From positions 62,001 to 126,000 of the forward strand of contig MU008155.1 in assembly GCA_010909165.1 (NCBI GenBank): a stretch of DNA of 64,000 nucleotides. Direction: 5' to 3'. Position numbers and translations under genes: made by a program. How positions within the stretch are numbered: the first letter of the stretch is position 1; each line of letters opens with the position of its first letter. Under the pieces are notes generated by a model. It saw only the letters and a list, made by a program, of their open reading frames with translations. It made no database searches and had not been told where the DNA came from. The DNA is from Anthoceros angustus (lineage: Eukaryota > Plantae > Anthocerotophyta). Shown here piece after piece: positions 13,951 to 25,247 of the stretch.

Positions 13951-14751
13951 ACAGTGGATAGACGGCGCGAGAGCAAGGAGGGGGACAACCTGGGGGTCAC
14001 CTACTGAGGTGACCACCCTACCACGGTAGTCCGCTGACTACCGTGGGGGACACACGCCTAGTCCGCTGCATCACCGGGTAGGGCAGCCGCGCACGGCAGC
14101 GCTGGGGAGTTGGGACGCCGGCCCAATCAAGATGGAAAGGCCGGGGTGCAGAGTATACCCCTGGGAGCACTGGGTGGTGGGAGAGACAACCCCACCGGAG
14201 GAGACTAAGGACGGTCCGACCTGGCCGGAGGAAGGGGAGGGTGAGGAATCCCTTATCCCACGAGTAAGGGAGGAACCGGACCCGAGGAGGAGTCCAACGC
14301 AAAAGGGCCCGAGAGATTAGGCAAAATCATGGTGGGCGATGGGGATGAAGGGTGCTCTATGATAGGTATGGACAACCAAGGCAAAGAGCAATGAAGATCG
14401 ACCCAAGAAACCCTCACCGAGCGAGAAGAGAAAGAAGGAAGAAGGAGTTACCGACTACCACGATGGTAAGTCACTACCCCGTAGTCCGCCGACTACCGCG
14501 TAGGGTGCGATGAACGCGCGCGAGGCGACGGAGATGGAGGAAGGCGCCAGGTGCGCGGAAGCGCGATTGCCGGAGGAGAGGAATCCGACCGCGGAGATGG
14601 AGGAAGGGCAAGATTGTACTTGCCCCACACATTAGGAAGCGACAAAGGCCGGGAAGGGCAAGAGCAAAAGGAGGGCGAGGGAGCCAATCCACCACGACAC
14701 GCCCCTACCCCAGAGGTGAAGACTAGATATGGTCAAGGGACCATAAATGCT

Positions 14752-14774
14752 AGGTAGAAGAATAGGAAGGACGG
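14752..14774 (+). promoter_or_regulatory. Polypurine tract of element A
   Basis: Purine-rich aggtagaagaataggaaggacgg immediately before the TG that starts the LTR. Confidence 0.7.
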
Positions 14775-15916
14775 TGTAATCGACATCCTTCGAGGATAGA
14801 CTTAGGTGAAGTTGCTAGAATAGGATTTACCAAGAACGGACAATAGACTTAGGTGCCGACATTAAATCTTGTGGTAGGAAATAATAGAATATTGGAAAAG
14901 GTGACTGCGGTAGGGTCACCCAAGGGAGGTTGTATGTGGAAGGCCTCCTATAAGAGGAGGAGGAGGATTTCACAAAGTAAAGTATCATGTCTTGCGCTTC
15001 CACGCTCACCGAGTCCTTTGCCATTACAGAGGAATTTCGTGCCGGCTGTGAGCCAACACAGCGTCTGGTAGAGAGGAAGTCGTGGTCGGAGTGCTTGGTG
15101 GAGGACTTGCTCGCAAGTGCCTAAACGAGTTGCTCCCTTGTGAATGGTTCTTTGTGAAATTGCTTTGCTTTGGGTGTGTGGCAAATGCCTGAGAACTCTC
15201 GGCTTGAGGGTAGACTACAGGAAAGACTCGGAGGTTCTCGTCACAGTGTCAAACTCATAGCAACCGCCCAAGGAAGAACTTCTGGTGGAGGCGGACCCAG
15301 GCGGTTGTGCCGTAAGGGCGAGTCGAAACCAAGAAGCCCGAATCGAGGTTAGACTAGGAGGAAGAGGATGAGGAGATGAGAAGATGAGTAGAGGATTAGA
15401 GGTGTAGGTGTTAGTGGAAGGCCACGAGTGAGCCTAAGGGACGAATCCCAAATCTGCAAAAGGAGCTCCACAGGTGGAGAAGTAGTCTTAGAAGTAGGGA
15501 CGAAATCGCGGTGTGAACGGGGGTCCACAGGCGCCCGTGGTAGGCTTCTTCTTTGAGGCGGGACCCGCAATTGTGTTGTGTCGTTGTAGGTCGAGTTTGG
15601 TCTTAAGTAGGGACGAAATCGCGGTGAACGGGGGTCCCACAGGCGCCGTGGTAGGCTCCTGCTTGAGGCAGGACCCGCAATTGTTTTGTGTCGTTGTGGG
15701 TCGAGGTTGGCGATTTTCGAGCGGTGCAAGTGGTGCAGTGCTGTGAGAGGGAGAGTAGTGGGCGCCTTGTTGAAGGTGAGAGTTGTGCAGTAGCGATTGG
15801 TGACCACAAGGCCTCGAACTTTCACACAAGTCTCATGGGACGAAACCCAGCGTCAGGCGACGGTGGGATAAGTGTGGCCGCTATAGTGGGAGGACCTCGG
15901 GGTGCCAGTTCTCCCA
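14775..15916 (+). repeat. 3' LTR of element A, copy 1
   Basis: Starts TGTAATCGACA and ends ...ttctccca, followed by ataac and copia integrase sequence. TATA-like cctataagag. Homologous to 16723-17800, 53949-54685 and (inverted) 54707-56176. Confidence 0.85.
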
Positions 15917-16722
15917 ATAACCCACAAAGATGCGTGACGGCCTTGGGATCCAGCCGCTGCTTGGGAAGGAACCAAGGCATATGCGGGGCTGCCAAAATCC
16001 ATAAATGAGTGATCACGAGGTTTCTTGTCCACCTCTCGTAAGGTGTGATGAGACCGAGTTCCTTAGTGGGAGCCGATTACGCACATAGTTGGCGGCCACT
16101 AATGCCTCTTAATATCCACGAGTCAAACCAAAGACAAGCTAGAAAGGGCAGCCTCCGGAGTGTTCTATTCTTGCTCGTGAAAAGAGTTACGGCGGTATAA
16201 GGGACCGTGAATTGATGAATAACTCCTCTGTCGAACAAAACTCGGAGAAGGCATGACCGATATACTCTCCTCCATTGTCGGATCGAAAATATCTTAAGCT
16301 TGCAACCGATGCAGCCGTGCCATGGCCACGTAGTCTTGAAAGCGATTGAAGGTGTCTCCCTTCATGAAGTACAAAACTCATGAACGACTCCATTAAATCG
16401 ATGAAGGTAAGGAAATAAAGGCACCTCCAAAAAGACGTGGACATGGGACCACACAAATCACTATGGATCGAGGGATGTGGCTCGTGATGTTCGATCTCGG
16501 AAGGATATTGCCTTACTAACTGGCGAGTCACAAAAGGCGTGGCTATCAAAGGAAAGGACAAGCGATCACGGAAGAGGCGTTATTCACCAAACGTGAAAGC
16601 TTCAAAAGTTGACATGACCAAGGCAGACGGCTACAATCTGTAGAGGAGACGGAGGCTCTAACATTGTGTGATGATTAGGTAAAAGTACGCACATTCAAAA
16701 GGTACGGTCATTGAAGGAGTGA

Positions 16723-17800
16723 TGTAATCGACATCCTTCGAGGATAGACTTAGGTGAAGTTGCTAGAATAGAATTTACCAAGAAATGCATAATAGACTAG
16801 GTGCCGACATTAAATGTCATGTAGGAAATAATAGAATATTGGAAAAGGTGACCGCAGAGGGTCACCCAAGGGAGGTTGTATGTGGAAGGCCTCCTATAAG
16901 AGGAGGAGGATTTCACAAAGTAAAGTATCATGTCTTGCGCCCACGCCATCGAGTCCTTTGCCATTACAGAGGAATTTCGCTCCGTGAGCCAACATGGTAG
17001 AGAGGAAGTCGTGGTCGGAGTGCTTGGTGGAGGACTTGCTCACGCAAGTGCCTAAACGAGTTGCCCCTTGTGAATGGTTGCCGTGAAATTGCTTTGCTTT
17101 GGGTGTGTGGCAAATGCCTGCAGAACTCGGCTTGAGGGTAGACTACAGGAAAGACTCGGAGGTTCTCGTCGTGTCAAACTCATAGCAACCGCCCAAGGAA
17201 GAACTTGGTGGAGGCGACCCTGTGCCAGCTGAAGGGCGAGTCGAAACCAAGAAGCCCGAATCGAGGTTAGAATAGGAGGAAGAGGATGAGGAGATGAGAA
17301 GATGAGTAGAGGATTAGAGGTGTAGGTGTTAGTGGAAGGCCACAGTGCAGAGCCTAAGGGACGAATCCCAACTGCAAGTAAAAGAGCGCCCCGAGTGGAG
17401 AAGAGTCTTAGAAGTAGGGACGAATCGGTGTGAACCCGGCGCCCGTGGTAGGCTCACGAGGTGGACCCGCAATTGTGTTGTGTGTAGGTCAAGTTTGGTC
17501 TTAGAAGTAGGGACGAAATCGCGGTGGGGGTCCCTGGTAGGCCTTTGCCGAGGTGACCCGCAATTGTGTTGTGTCGTTGTGGGTCGAGGTTGGCGATTTT
17601 CAAGGCAAGTGGTGCAGAGAGAGGAGAGTAGTGGGCGCCTTGCTTGTTGAGAAGGCGAGAGTTGTGCAGTAGCGATTGGTGACCACAAGGCCTCGAACTT
17701 TCACACAAGTCTCATGGGACGAAACCCAACGACGGGCGACAAGTGGATAAGTGTGGCCGCTATAGTGGGAGGACCTCGGGGTGCCAGTTCTCCTACCACA
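16723..17800 (+). repeat. 3' LTR of element A, copy 2
   Basis: TGTAATCGACA...TCCTACCACA, followed by ataac (candidate TSD). Confidence 0.85.
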
Positions 17801-19887
17801 ATAACCCACAAAGATAAGTGCGAGCGGCCTTGGATCCAAATTTCTAGCTTGGGAAGGAACCAAGGCATATGCAGGGCTGCCAAAAATCCGCAAATGAGTG
17901 ATACGAGGTTTCTTGCCTGTCCACCTCTCGTAAGGTGTGATGAGACCGAGTTCCTTAGTGGGGAGCCGATTCTGCACATAGTTGGCGGCCACTAATGCCT
18001 CTGCCCAATATCCACGAGTCAAACCAGCAAAAGACAAGCTAGAAAGGGCAGCCTCCTGGAGTGTTCTATTCTTGCGTTCAAAAAGAGTTCTGAGCAGGGG
18101 TATAAGGGACCGTGAATTGATGAATAACTCCCTCTGTCGAACAAAACTCGGAGAAGGCATGACTGATATACTCTCCTCCATTGTCAGATCGAAATATCTT
18201 AAGCTTGCAACCATCCTGTACATGGCCACGTAGTCTTGAAAGCAGCTTGAAGGTGTCTCCTTGCTGTGAAGTACATAAATCAGACAAGAACGACTCCATT
18301 AAATCGATGAAGGTAAGGAAATAAAGGCACCTCCAAAAGACGTGGACATGGGACCACACAAATCACTATGGACTGTGCAAGAGGGATGTGGCTCGTGGAG
18401 TTGATCTCGGAAGGGCTGTGATATTGCCTTACTAACTGGCGAGTCACAAAAGGCGTGGCTATCAAAGGAAAGGACAAGCGATCACGGAAGGCGTATTTAT
18501 TCACCAAGCGTGAAAGCTTCGAAGTTGACATGACCAAGGCACGATTGCCACAATCGTAGGGAGAGGCGAGCGAGCTGGCTAACATTGACAGTGGGCTGAT
18601 TAGGTAAAGTACGCACATTCAAAAGTGCACGGTCATTGAAGGAGTGCGAAAAGATGTCATCCCAACCGGTATACGGATATGGAGCAACGGTGTGGTCAAA
18701 CAAATCCTACAAGAATGCTCCTCATTCTTCGACGGACATAAGATTCTTGGTCATTCTTTGGAACAAAAGCACACACAGAGTCATGACCTCGAACTAGGCA
18801 ACTCAATATTGACACGAACCCTTGATGGCGGACCACATCGTCCCCTAGCAAAACAAGCTGCGCATCGAGTAGGCGTAATGAAAGCTCTCCTATCATAACA
18901 AATGTGGCTAGTGGCACCTGAATCCAAGAACCACATATCTGCCTGAATCTGAACAGAAGATAGACAAACTGCGAGGATGGAAGGGGACTTAGCCGAGTTT
19001 GTAGCTTTTGCAGTGGTCAAGTTGGACTCATGGGAAGTGCCTTCCTTACGGGGTTCCCCAGCACGTTTCTTCCTGCAGTCCTTCTCAAAATGACCCGGGA
19101 TCTTACACCAATTGCAGGTGAAGATTTTCCTCTGCAGGTTCGGTTGCTTGGCTGTGGGGTAACCACCACGTCCTTGTCCTCCACGGCCACGTCCACGGAA
19201 ACTACCTCTGCCTCGACCCGAAAATAAAACTCTCGAGTGTTGCTGAGAATCTCCTTTGCCTCCTTTGTGGAAACCCTTGGATCCCTCCTCAGCTAGAAGG
19301 GCTCCAATCAACTCATCCAAGGTTACAACAGGCTGACCTCCAGCTGCTGCAGACGATGCTCGGGCAAACTGCAAGCTCATGAAGTGGCTGTAGCTTGGCG
19401 GTAACGAAGCTAGCAGACTGGTCCCCGCTTGTTCTTCGGTAAGAATAGTACCACAATATGCCAAAGTTGCACGTGCAGTTCTGAAGCGGTTAATATAGGA
19501 CTCGACAGAATCACTGTCCTTCATTCTCAGCCCATAAAAGTCCCAGTGTGCAAAGACTTGGGAAGCATTGCTCTTGTCCTTGTAAATCGAGAGAAACTAT
19601 GCCACTGCAATGCGGAGGTGTCGGCACCAAGTGTGAGGAATCATATTCACATCCGGTGAGGTAATGAGAATGGAGCGTGCTCTCCACATCCTTTCGTTTC
19701 CGATTCGAGCGTCGGACATTGGTGTTTGTCTGCAGGGCATCTCTCACTCCATCCACCACGGACATAAGCTCTTGCTCCTCAAATATACGAGTCAACCTCG
19801 GTGACCAAGTGTTGTAGTCGTTCCCATTGAAGCTTGATCCTTATCCACCGAACTCAATCTTGAGGGTTGTTGAGGAAGAGCTGCCAT
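17801..19887 (-). pseudogene. gag-pol: copia D gag-protease-integrase polyprotein (frameshifted)
   Basis: ORFs 18781-19524 and 17600-18229 carry the gag, knuckle, PR and INT motifs. Confidence 0.9.
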
Positions 19888-20698
19888 GGTTGAAGTGGAT
19901 GTAGTTGAGCGGCGATTACCGCGATGGTAATGTGGCGAGATGTCGATCCAGGCCAAGAGTGAAGGGTTCCTGCGTGTCTGCGAGCGATCTTGTCTGTTGT
20001 TGAGGGCTGGTCCTTGAGGTGTATAGCCCAAATGCTTCCCGTTGTAGTCCTTCACGAGCACCACCTGTTTGATCTCGACTCAGGCCAAAATCAAAGTTGA
20101 AAGGTGTTATTTGAGTGGTAGTAGTAAGTCTGCTCGCCTTGAGTCTTGACAGTACGGTGTCTCCTCCTCGTCGGGATGCACTATACCTCCAGCATCGAGA
20201 TCAAATTCATCATCAGATGGAGCCGCCGGGTGTCTCCTGGGCGGCATGACATGAGCGAGAAGCTTGTGTGTCGACCCGGTGGCGGGCTGCTAGAAGCCAT
20301 ATGAGCGCCTAGCGCGATGGGTCTCGCAAGTCGGATGCAATTGCTTGATCTTGAGCATAAGGCTGTCGAACATCCGCAACTCTCGGATGCGTGCCTGACA
20401 AGGACTTCAATCACCTTCTCTTGCTTAGTGCATCACGCCTCAGGAGTGATCGGTGTTGATGATCTTACCGAGGAGTGTTTGTCAGAGGGGTATGCTGCGA
20501 GGGTGATGGGAGGCTGCGTCTTGACCTCGGGATAGGCGAATCCTTACCTTCCTGACAACTTGGGCACACGAAGTCTGTCCTCAACGTGGGGGTTGGTACC
20601 CCTTCTACAAACACCCTCCTTCGAGGCGCACGCGCTGATGGCCCTCTCCTCGGCATCTTGCTGAACAGCGCATCTGCGCTCGTGCACGGATCACCAGG

Positions 20699-20710
20699 GC
20701 TCTGATACCA
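20699..20710 (-). promoter_or_regulatory. Primer binding site (initiator tRNA-Met) of copia D
   Basis: gctctgatacca is the reverse complement of TGGTATCAGAGC. Confidence 0.9.
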
Positions 20711-20909
20711 TAAAACAATCGAGGATCGGAAGGGCACGAGCGGGTGCGTGTGTAGGCATGAGCGCACGAGAGACAGGAGATGAAAGAAAAACGGTTATTA
20801 TTGTTTACGGGAAATTCAACATATATACAAAGCATTTGTAGGTGGTTATAACTGTTCATAAAACCACTAATATCTAGTCAACCTAACTTTAGGTGACACA
20901 TCTATTTCA
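20711..20909 (-). repeat. Probable 5' LTR of copia D (~200 bp; outer boundary approximate)
   Basis: Lies between the PBS and the point where copia E integrase codons resume (LLTATYLINR). Contains a TATA-like tatatatg. Termini are not canonical. Confidence 0.55.
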
Positions 20910-23142
20910 TTACTTCTTACCGCAACCTATCTTATCAATCGCACCTGTCATAAATTACGGCATGGCCTTATGAAGCGTTTATTGGCAAGAAACCGTCCAT
21001 TGATCATCTTATATTTTTGGATCAGGCATATGTTTTCATTCCTAAAGCATTACGTAAGAAGTTGGATCCCAAGGCAGCCAAGTATCTTTTCATAGGATAT
21101 CAAGGCATTAAAGGGTATAAGTTATATAACCCTTCAACAAGACAACTTCTTTATGCTCGGAGTGTTACATTCCATGAGTCTTACCTCTTTTCTCCAACAG
21201 TGGGAGTTGAAGTCGTTGACTCTGCCGATGATGCTAATGATTTTTCTACATTTGATGATCCTAATCCCCTTCCTTTCCTTGTCCCTACTCCTCGTGTTCC
21301 TTCTGTTGACCCCATGCTGCAGGAGGAGGAGGAGCCTCTTCCACCTTCATCTGATCCCCTTGAGGCCATTTCAGAAGATGCTATACCTCTTGTTCAAGAT
21401 GATAATGATCAGTTGGAAGCTGATGATACTGAAGAAATGGATCCCTTAGAACAAGAAGATGAACCAGTTCTGGAAGACACACACTGCACCTTAGATCACG
21501 TCCACTCATCTCGGCCTGGTTGGAAAGAACCCCTTTGGGATACCTTGCTATTTTTCCCGATTCTAATTCTCACAGTCCCTTTATAATCAAGCTGTACACA
21601 TACTTGACTTAGAAGAGCCTCTTACCCTAAAACAAGCCTTCTCTTCTCCTCCAAACATCTATGGAAGGAAGTCAGATTCGAGTATAATTCCCTCATTAGT
21701 AATTCTACATGGGAATTAGTTGAACCTCCTAAGGGTAGAAAAATAGTAACCAGCAAATGGGTATTTAAGATAAAGAGAAAGGAGATGGATCCGTGGAAAG
21801 GTATAAAGCACGCCTAGTTGCTAGAGGTTTTACCCAAATCCACGGACTAGACTATATACCTTGGGCCACTTATGCTCCCAGCCAAGTTTGCCACTCTTCG
21901 CATGATCTTAGCTATATGCGATCGATCTTGAACTTCATATGATGGATGTGAAGACATATTTGTATGGGCGCTTGAAAGAAGAAATATACATGAAGCAACC
22001 CGAGGGTTATGAAGTAAAAGGCAAGGAGCATTTAGTATGTAAATTGATCAAGGGTCTATATGGACTCAAGCAATCCGGCAAAAATTGGAACTTGACCATC
22101 CATATACAACTCTCGATTAAGGGATTTAAGCAAAGTAAAGGCGATGCTTGCTTATATATTTACCTTAAGGGAAATGATATATTTTACCTTCTATTATACG
22201 TCGATGACGTCTTTATGGCAACAAACTCTCTTATTCTCCTAGCTGAGATAAAAGCATGGCTTCGGACATTATATGAAATGACCGACCTGGGAGAAATGAA
22301 TTAGTAATAAAAAGCTGAGCATAGTTCAAACCAAGTATATAAAGGAGAGTTTAGCAAAATTTGGAATGGAAGATGCAAAGCCTGCACCCACACCTTTTGC
22401 TAGTGGCATCAGGCTTACTTCTGATATGAGTCCTAAGAGTGCTCAAGAGAAAATGGAGATGGCATCCGTCCCATATCGACATGTTGTCGGCACTCTCATA
22501 TATTTAAGCAATTTTACTAGACCTGATATTTCTTTTGAAGTCAGTTCCTGCTCACAGTTTTTGGAGAACCCTGGACATCAACACTGGATGTCAGTTAAGC
22601 GTATTTTTCGATACCTTAAAGGGACTATGCAAACAGGGCTGACATTTAAGCATACACCAGCAATCAAAACATTAACACTTACGGCATATGCCGATCGATT
22701 ATCTGGTGATCCTGATACTCGAAAATCCGTATCAGGTTATGTTTTACTTCTTGGAGGAGCTCCAATATCATGGTCGAGTAAGAAACAGCCTACCATTGCC
22801 TTGTCTAGTACTGAATCTGAATATAGAGTAATAACATCTATTTCCAAGGATATAGTATGGTCTAGGCTAATTTTGAGTGAACTTAATCACCCTCAGCAAA
22901 ACCCAACATCTCTTTTTAGTGATAGTCAGGGCGCCATAGCACTTGCTAGAAACCCTGTTTTCCATTCCAAAACCAAACACATAGCTGTTGAGTATCACTA
23001 TATCAGAGAGAAGTTGGAAGATAACACTATAGATATCACTTATATACCAACACAAAACAATCCAGCTGATTTGTTAACTAAGTCATTAGGGAGAGATTTG
23101 CATTTAAGACACATGAAAATGTTAGGTATTCAAGAGGTTTAA
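20910..23142 (+). pseudogene. pol: copia E integrase C-terminus, reverse transcriptase and RNase H
   Basis: ORFs 21017-21586, 21939-22304 and 22366-23142. Confidence 0.93.
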
Positions 23143-23399
23143 GTCTAGCTAGTATGTGTCAATGTATTTTCTATAGTCCACACATCTTGTCTAGCATAGA
23201 AATTTTCCTCTCCTAACTCTATGTAGTCCTCAACATCGCTTATCCTCTCTTTCTAATACCCGGAAGGATCCTACAATACACACCATGGGTTATAAAGTGA
23301 AAATGATGAAAAGATAGTACTTAAGTCGTTAGGTTACTTCGTACAAGTGTTTGGTGTGTCCTTCATATTTTCACATGGGAAGCACTTAACCACATCATC

Positions 23400-24760
23400 T
23401 TAATCCTCTCTTTTCACATACATACTCCATGGGAACTTCATGGTCATCCTTTCCTCCGGAAGAACCAAGTAGGTTGCCTTGCATAAGTTTCCAGCTGGCA
23501 GGTAGGAACTAGGAATTTTCCTTTTTGCACTTGCTCTCTCTTGAGTAGGTCGTAGAGGTAGGGCAAATCTCACATGGCTTGTGCCCACACTCTTATCTAC
23601 ACCTGCAAAATAGCAATAGATATTATTAGGAAAATGTTAGTTTAGTTTACCGGGTTTTTTGGTATCATCTTTCCTACTCACTCCTTGGCTCTTCTGCTGT
23701 TGCTGCTATTACATCCTCTATGCGGTCATTTACACAAGGATGTGATCTCCAGCTTGGGCTACCCTCACAAATAGCCTGCTGAGGGGTCTCTTCTGGTTTT
23801 ATAGAGTCCTCTGACTCTTCCGAATCTTCATTCATTTTGAAGTCATCATATTCGGCCTCGATTGGTGATCTTGGCTTTATCGGATTATCTACATCCATAT
23901 TTTATTAGCATTTTATGCACTCAAAATTTTTATGCAATTTATTTTGCAATTTATTGACTTACCAAGAACTTTGACTTCTCTCACAACGACCTTGGATTTT
24001 TCCACAGCGTCGCACCACGAGGATATCATCCTCTTCATCTATGTCTTCACTCTTTGCAATAGGTTGGCACTGCAAGAAATTCGATCAAGTTTGGGTCATC
24101 CGGTTCCTCCCAAGATCGATAATGTCGGTACAACTTCATCCCGGTACCACAAGTGGTGTGCACGGGCTGCACGCTTTCCTTCTTCTTCTTCCGCAAGTAT
24201 CCTCCTCCGCCACCAAGTGCTTGTTTGATTTTATCGGCACCCATGTTTCACCTCACGTGAGGCACGGACCCTCCACTCGGCGTCAAGCTGCGGTATATTT
24301 ATCAACTCAGCAATTTATTTTGCAATTTATTTTGCAATTTATTTTGCAATTTATTTCAGCTATTTCCAGCATATAAATCCAGCAAATATTTCAAAATTTG
24401 ATTCGAGCACCTTTTTATGCGCCGCTGGATTCGCCAAATTTTGCTATTTTCTCACCGATCTTGGCAGCAGGCTATGGCGACTTGATGGATCGCGCGGATC
24501 AGTCAGCCAAATTTTCGGAGTGATGGATTTTCGGATCGGATCGCGGCGGGGGTCGGATGGCGCGGAGAGGATGGGGAGGTGATGGAGAGGATGGCCGGAG
24601 GGTGGGTGAGGATGGAGCGGCGGCGATCGGAGATCGGCGGCGGATCGTGATTGCACCGAGGTGCGCGGGGCGATCGGAGAAGGCGTTTTGTCTCCCGTCG
24701 TAAACCCCGGAAGGCGCGGACTACGCCTACAGCGTTCTAGGCGAGGGCCGTTTATTTATA
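23400..24760 (-). other. Antisense cargo transcription unit in the 3' region of copia E
   Basis: Minus-strand TATAAATAAA (24751-24760), a GC-rich leader, acidic ORF pieces (24047-24244, 23674-23898, 23400-23588), a GTAAGT donor at 23957-23962 and a TTTTGCAG acceptor at ~23603. Confidence 0.45.
24311..24357 (+). repeat. 12-bp tandem repeat (caatttattttg) x~4; two more copies at ~23935-23955
   Basis: Read directly from the sequence. Confidence 0.85.
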
Positions 24761-24999
24761 GGCCGAAATGGGCCTATCCTGTTTTAGCTTTTATTTATAG
24801 GCCATTTTGTGGCCCGTCTATTTTATTTTCTTTATGCCTATATTAAGTCCTTATTTATGACTTGATTATATGTTAGATGCTTAAGTTTTTAAGACCTTTT
24901 TCTTAAGCGAGATAACTTTAGGTTTAGTGGGAGCCTATTTAACATTTAGGCCTCATTTTAAAGGCTAGACTTCACCCCTATATTCATAGTGAGTGGGAG

Positions 25000-25247
25000 T
25001 GATGAAATAGGTCTAGATTAGGGCACTATTCATTAGGGCCTCATAACTTAAACATTATTATTTACCTAGGGTTATTTAGGTAGTTAGTAGTTATATTGGT
25101 TACAACAACTTACGGTTGCAACTACTTATGGTTGCAACCATTTATGGTTGTAACCACTCTACAGCCTATTTAAAGGCTTGTACTTTACTCATTAATTACT
25201 TACATTGTTTCTTCTTCTTCTAATCTAAGAGCTACAGATTCTCATCA
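25000..25247 (+). repeat. 3' LTR of copia E
   Basis: TGATGA...TCATCA terminal inverted repeat, preceded by PPT agtgagtgggag. TATA-like ctatttaaagg. Similar to the LTRs at 42748, 44428 and 62972. Confidence 0.9.

Larger units (their letters stand above)
1..17800 (+). mobile_element. Ty3/gypsy LTR retrotransposon A (Athila-like non-chromovirus), 5' end outside window
   Basis: Domain order is gag, PR, RT, RH, INT, extra ORF, PPT, LTR. RT motif FMEVFLDD. The 3' LTR is present twice (14775-15916 and 16723-17800). Coding regions are heavily frameshifted. Confidence 0.92.
15917..20909 (-). mobile_element. Ty1/copia retrotransposon D, 5' half (LTR, PBS, gag, PR, INT), interrupted by element A
   Basis: PBS TGGTATCAGAGC at 20699-20710. 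gag from ATG 19887 with knuckle CNWCKIPGHFEKDC. PR WFLDSGATSH. INT FRSDNGGEY, ERKNRTLQE, YWAEAL, HLRIFGSPAY. INT breaks at LIFVGY exactly at the A LTR end. 15917-16722 duplicates 17801-18645. Confidence 0.92.
20910..25247 (+). mobile_element. Ty1/copia retrotransposon E, 3' half (INT C-terminus, RT, RH, ~1.85 kb 3' region, PPT, 3' LTR)
   Basis: KKLDPKAAKYLFIGY. RT motifs KWVFKIK, YKARLVARGFTQ, LYGLKQSG, LLYVDD. RH ending NPADLLTKSL with stop at 23142. PPT at 24988-24999 and LTR at 25000-25247. Confidence 0.93.
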
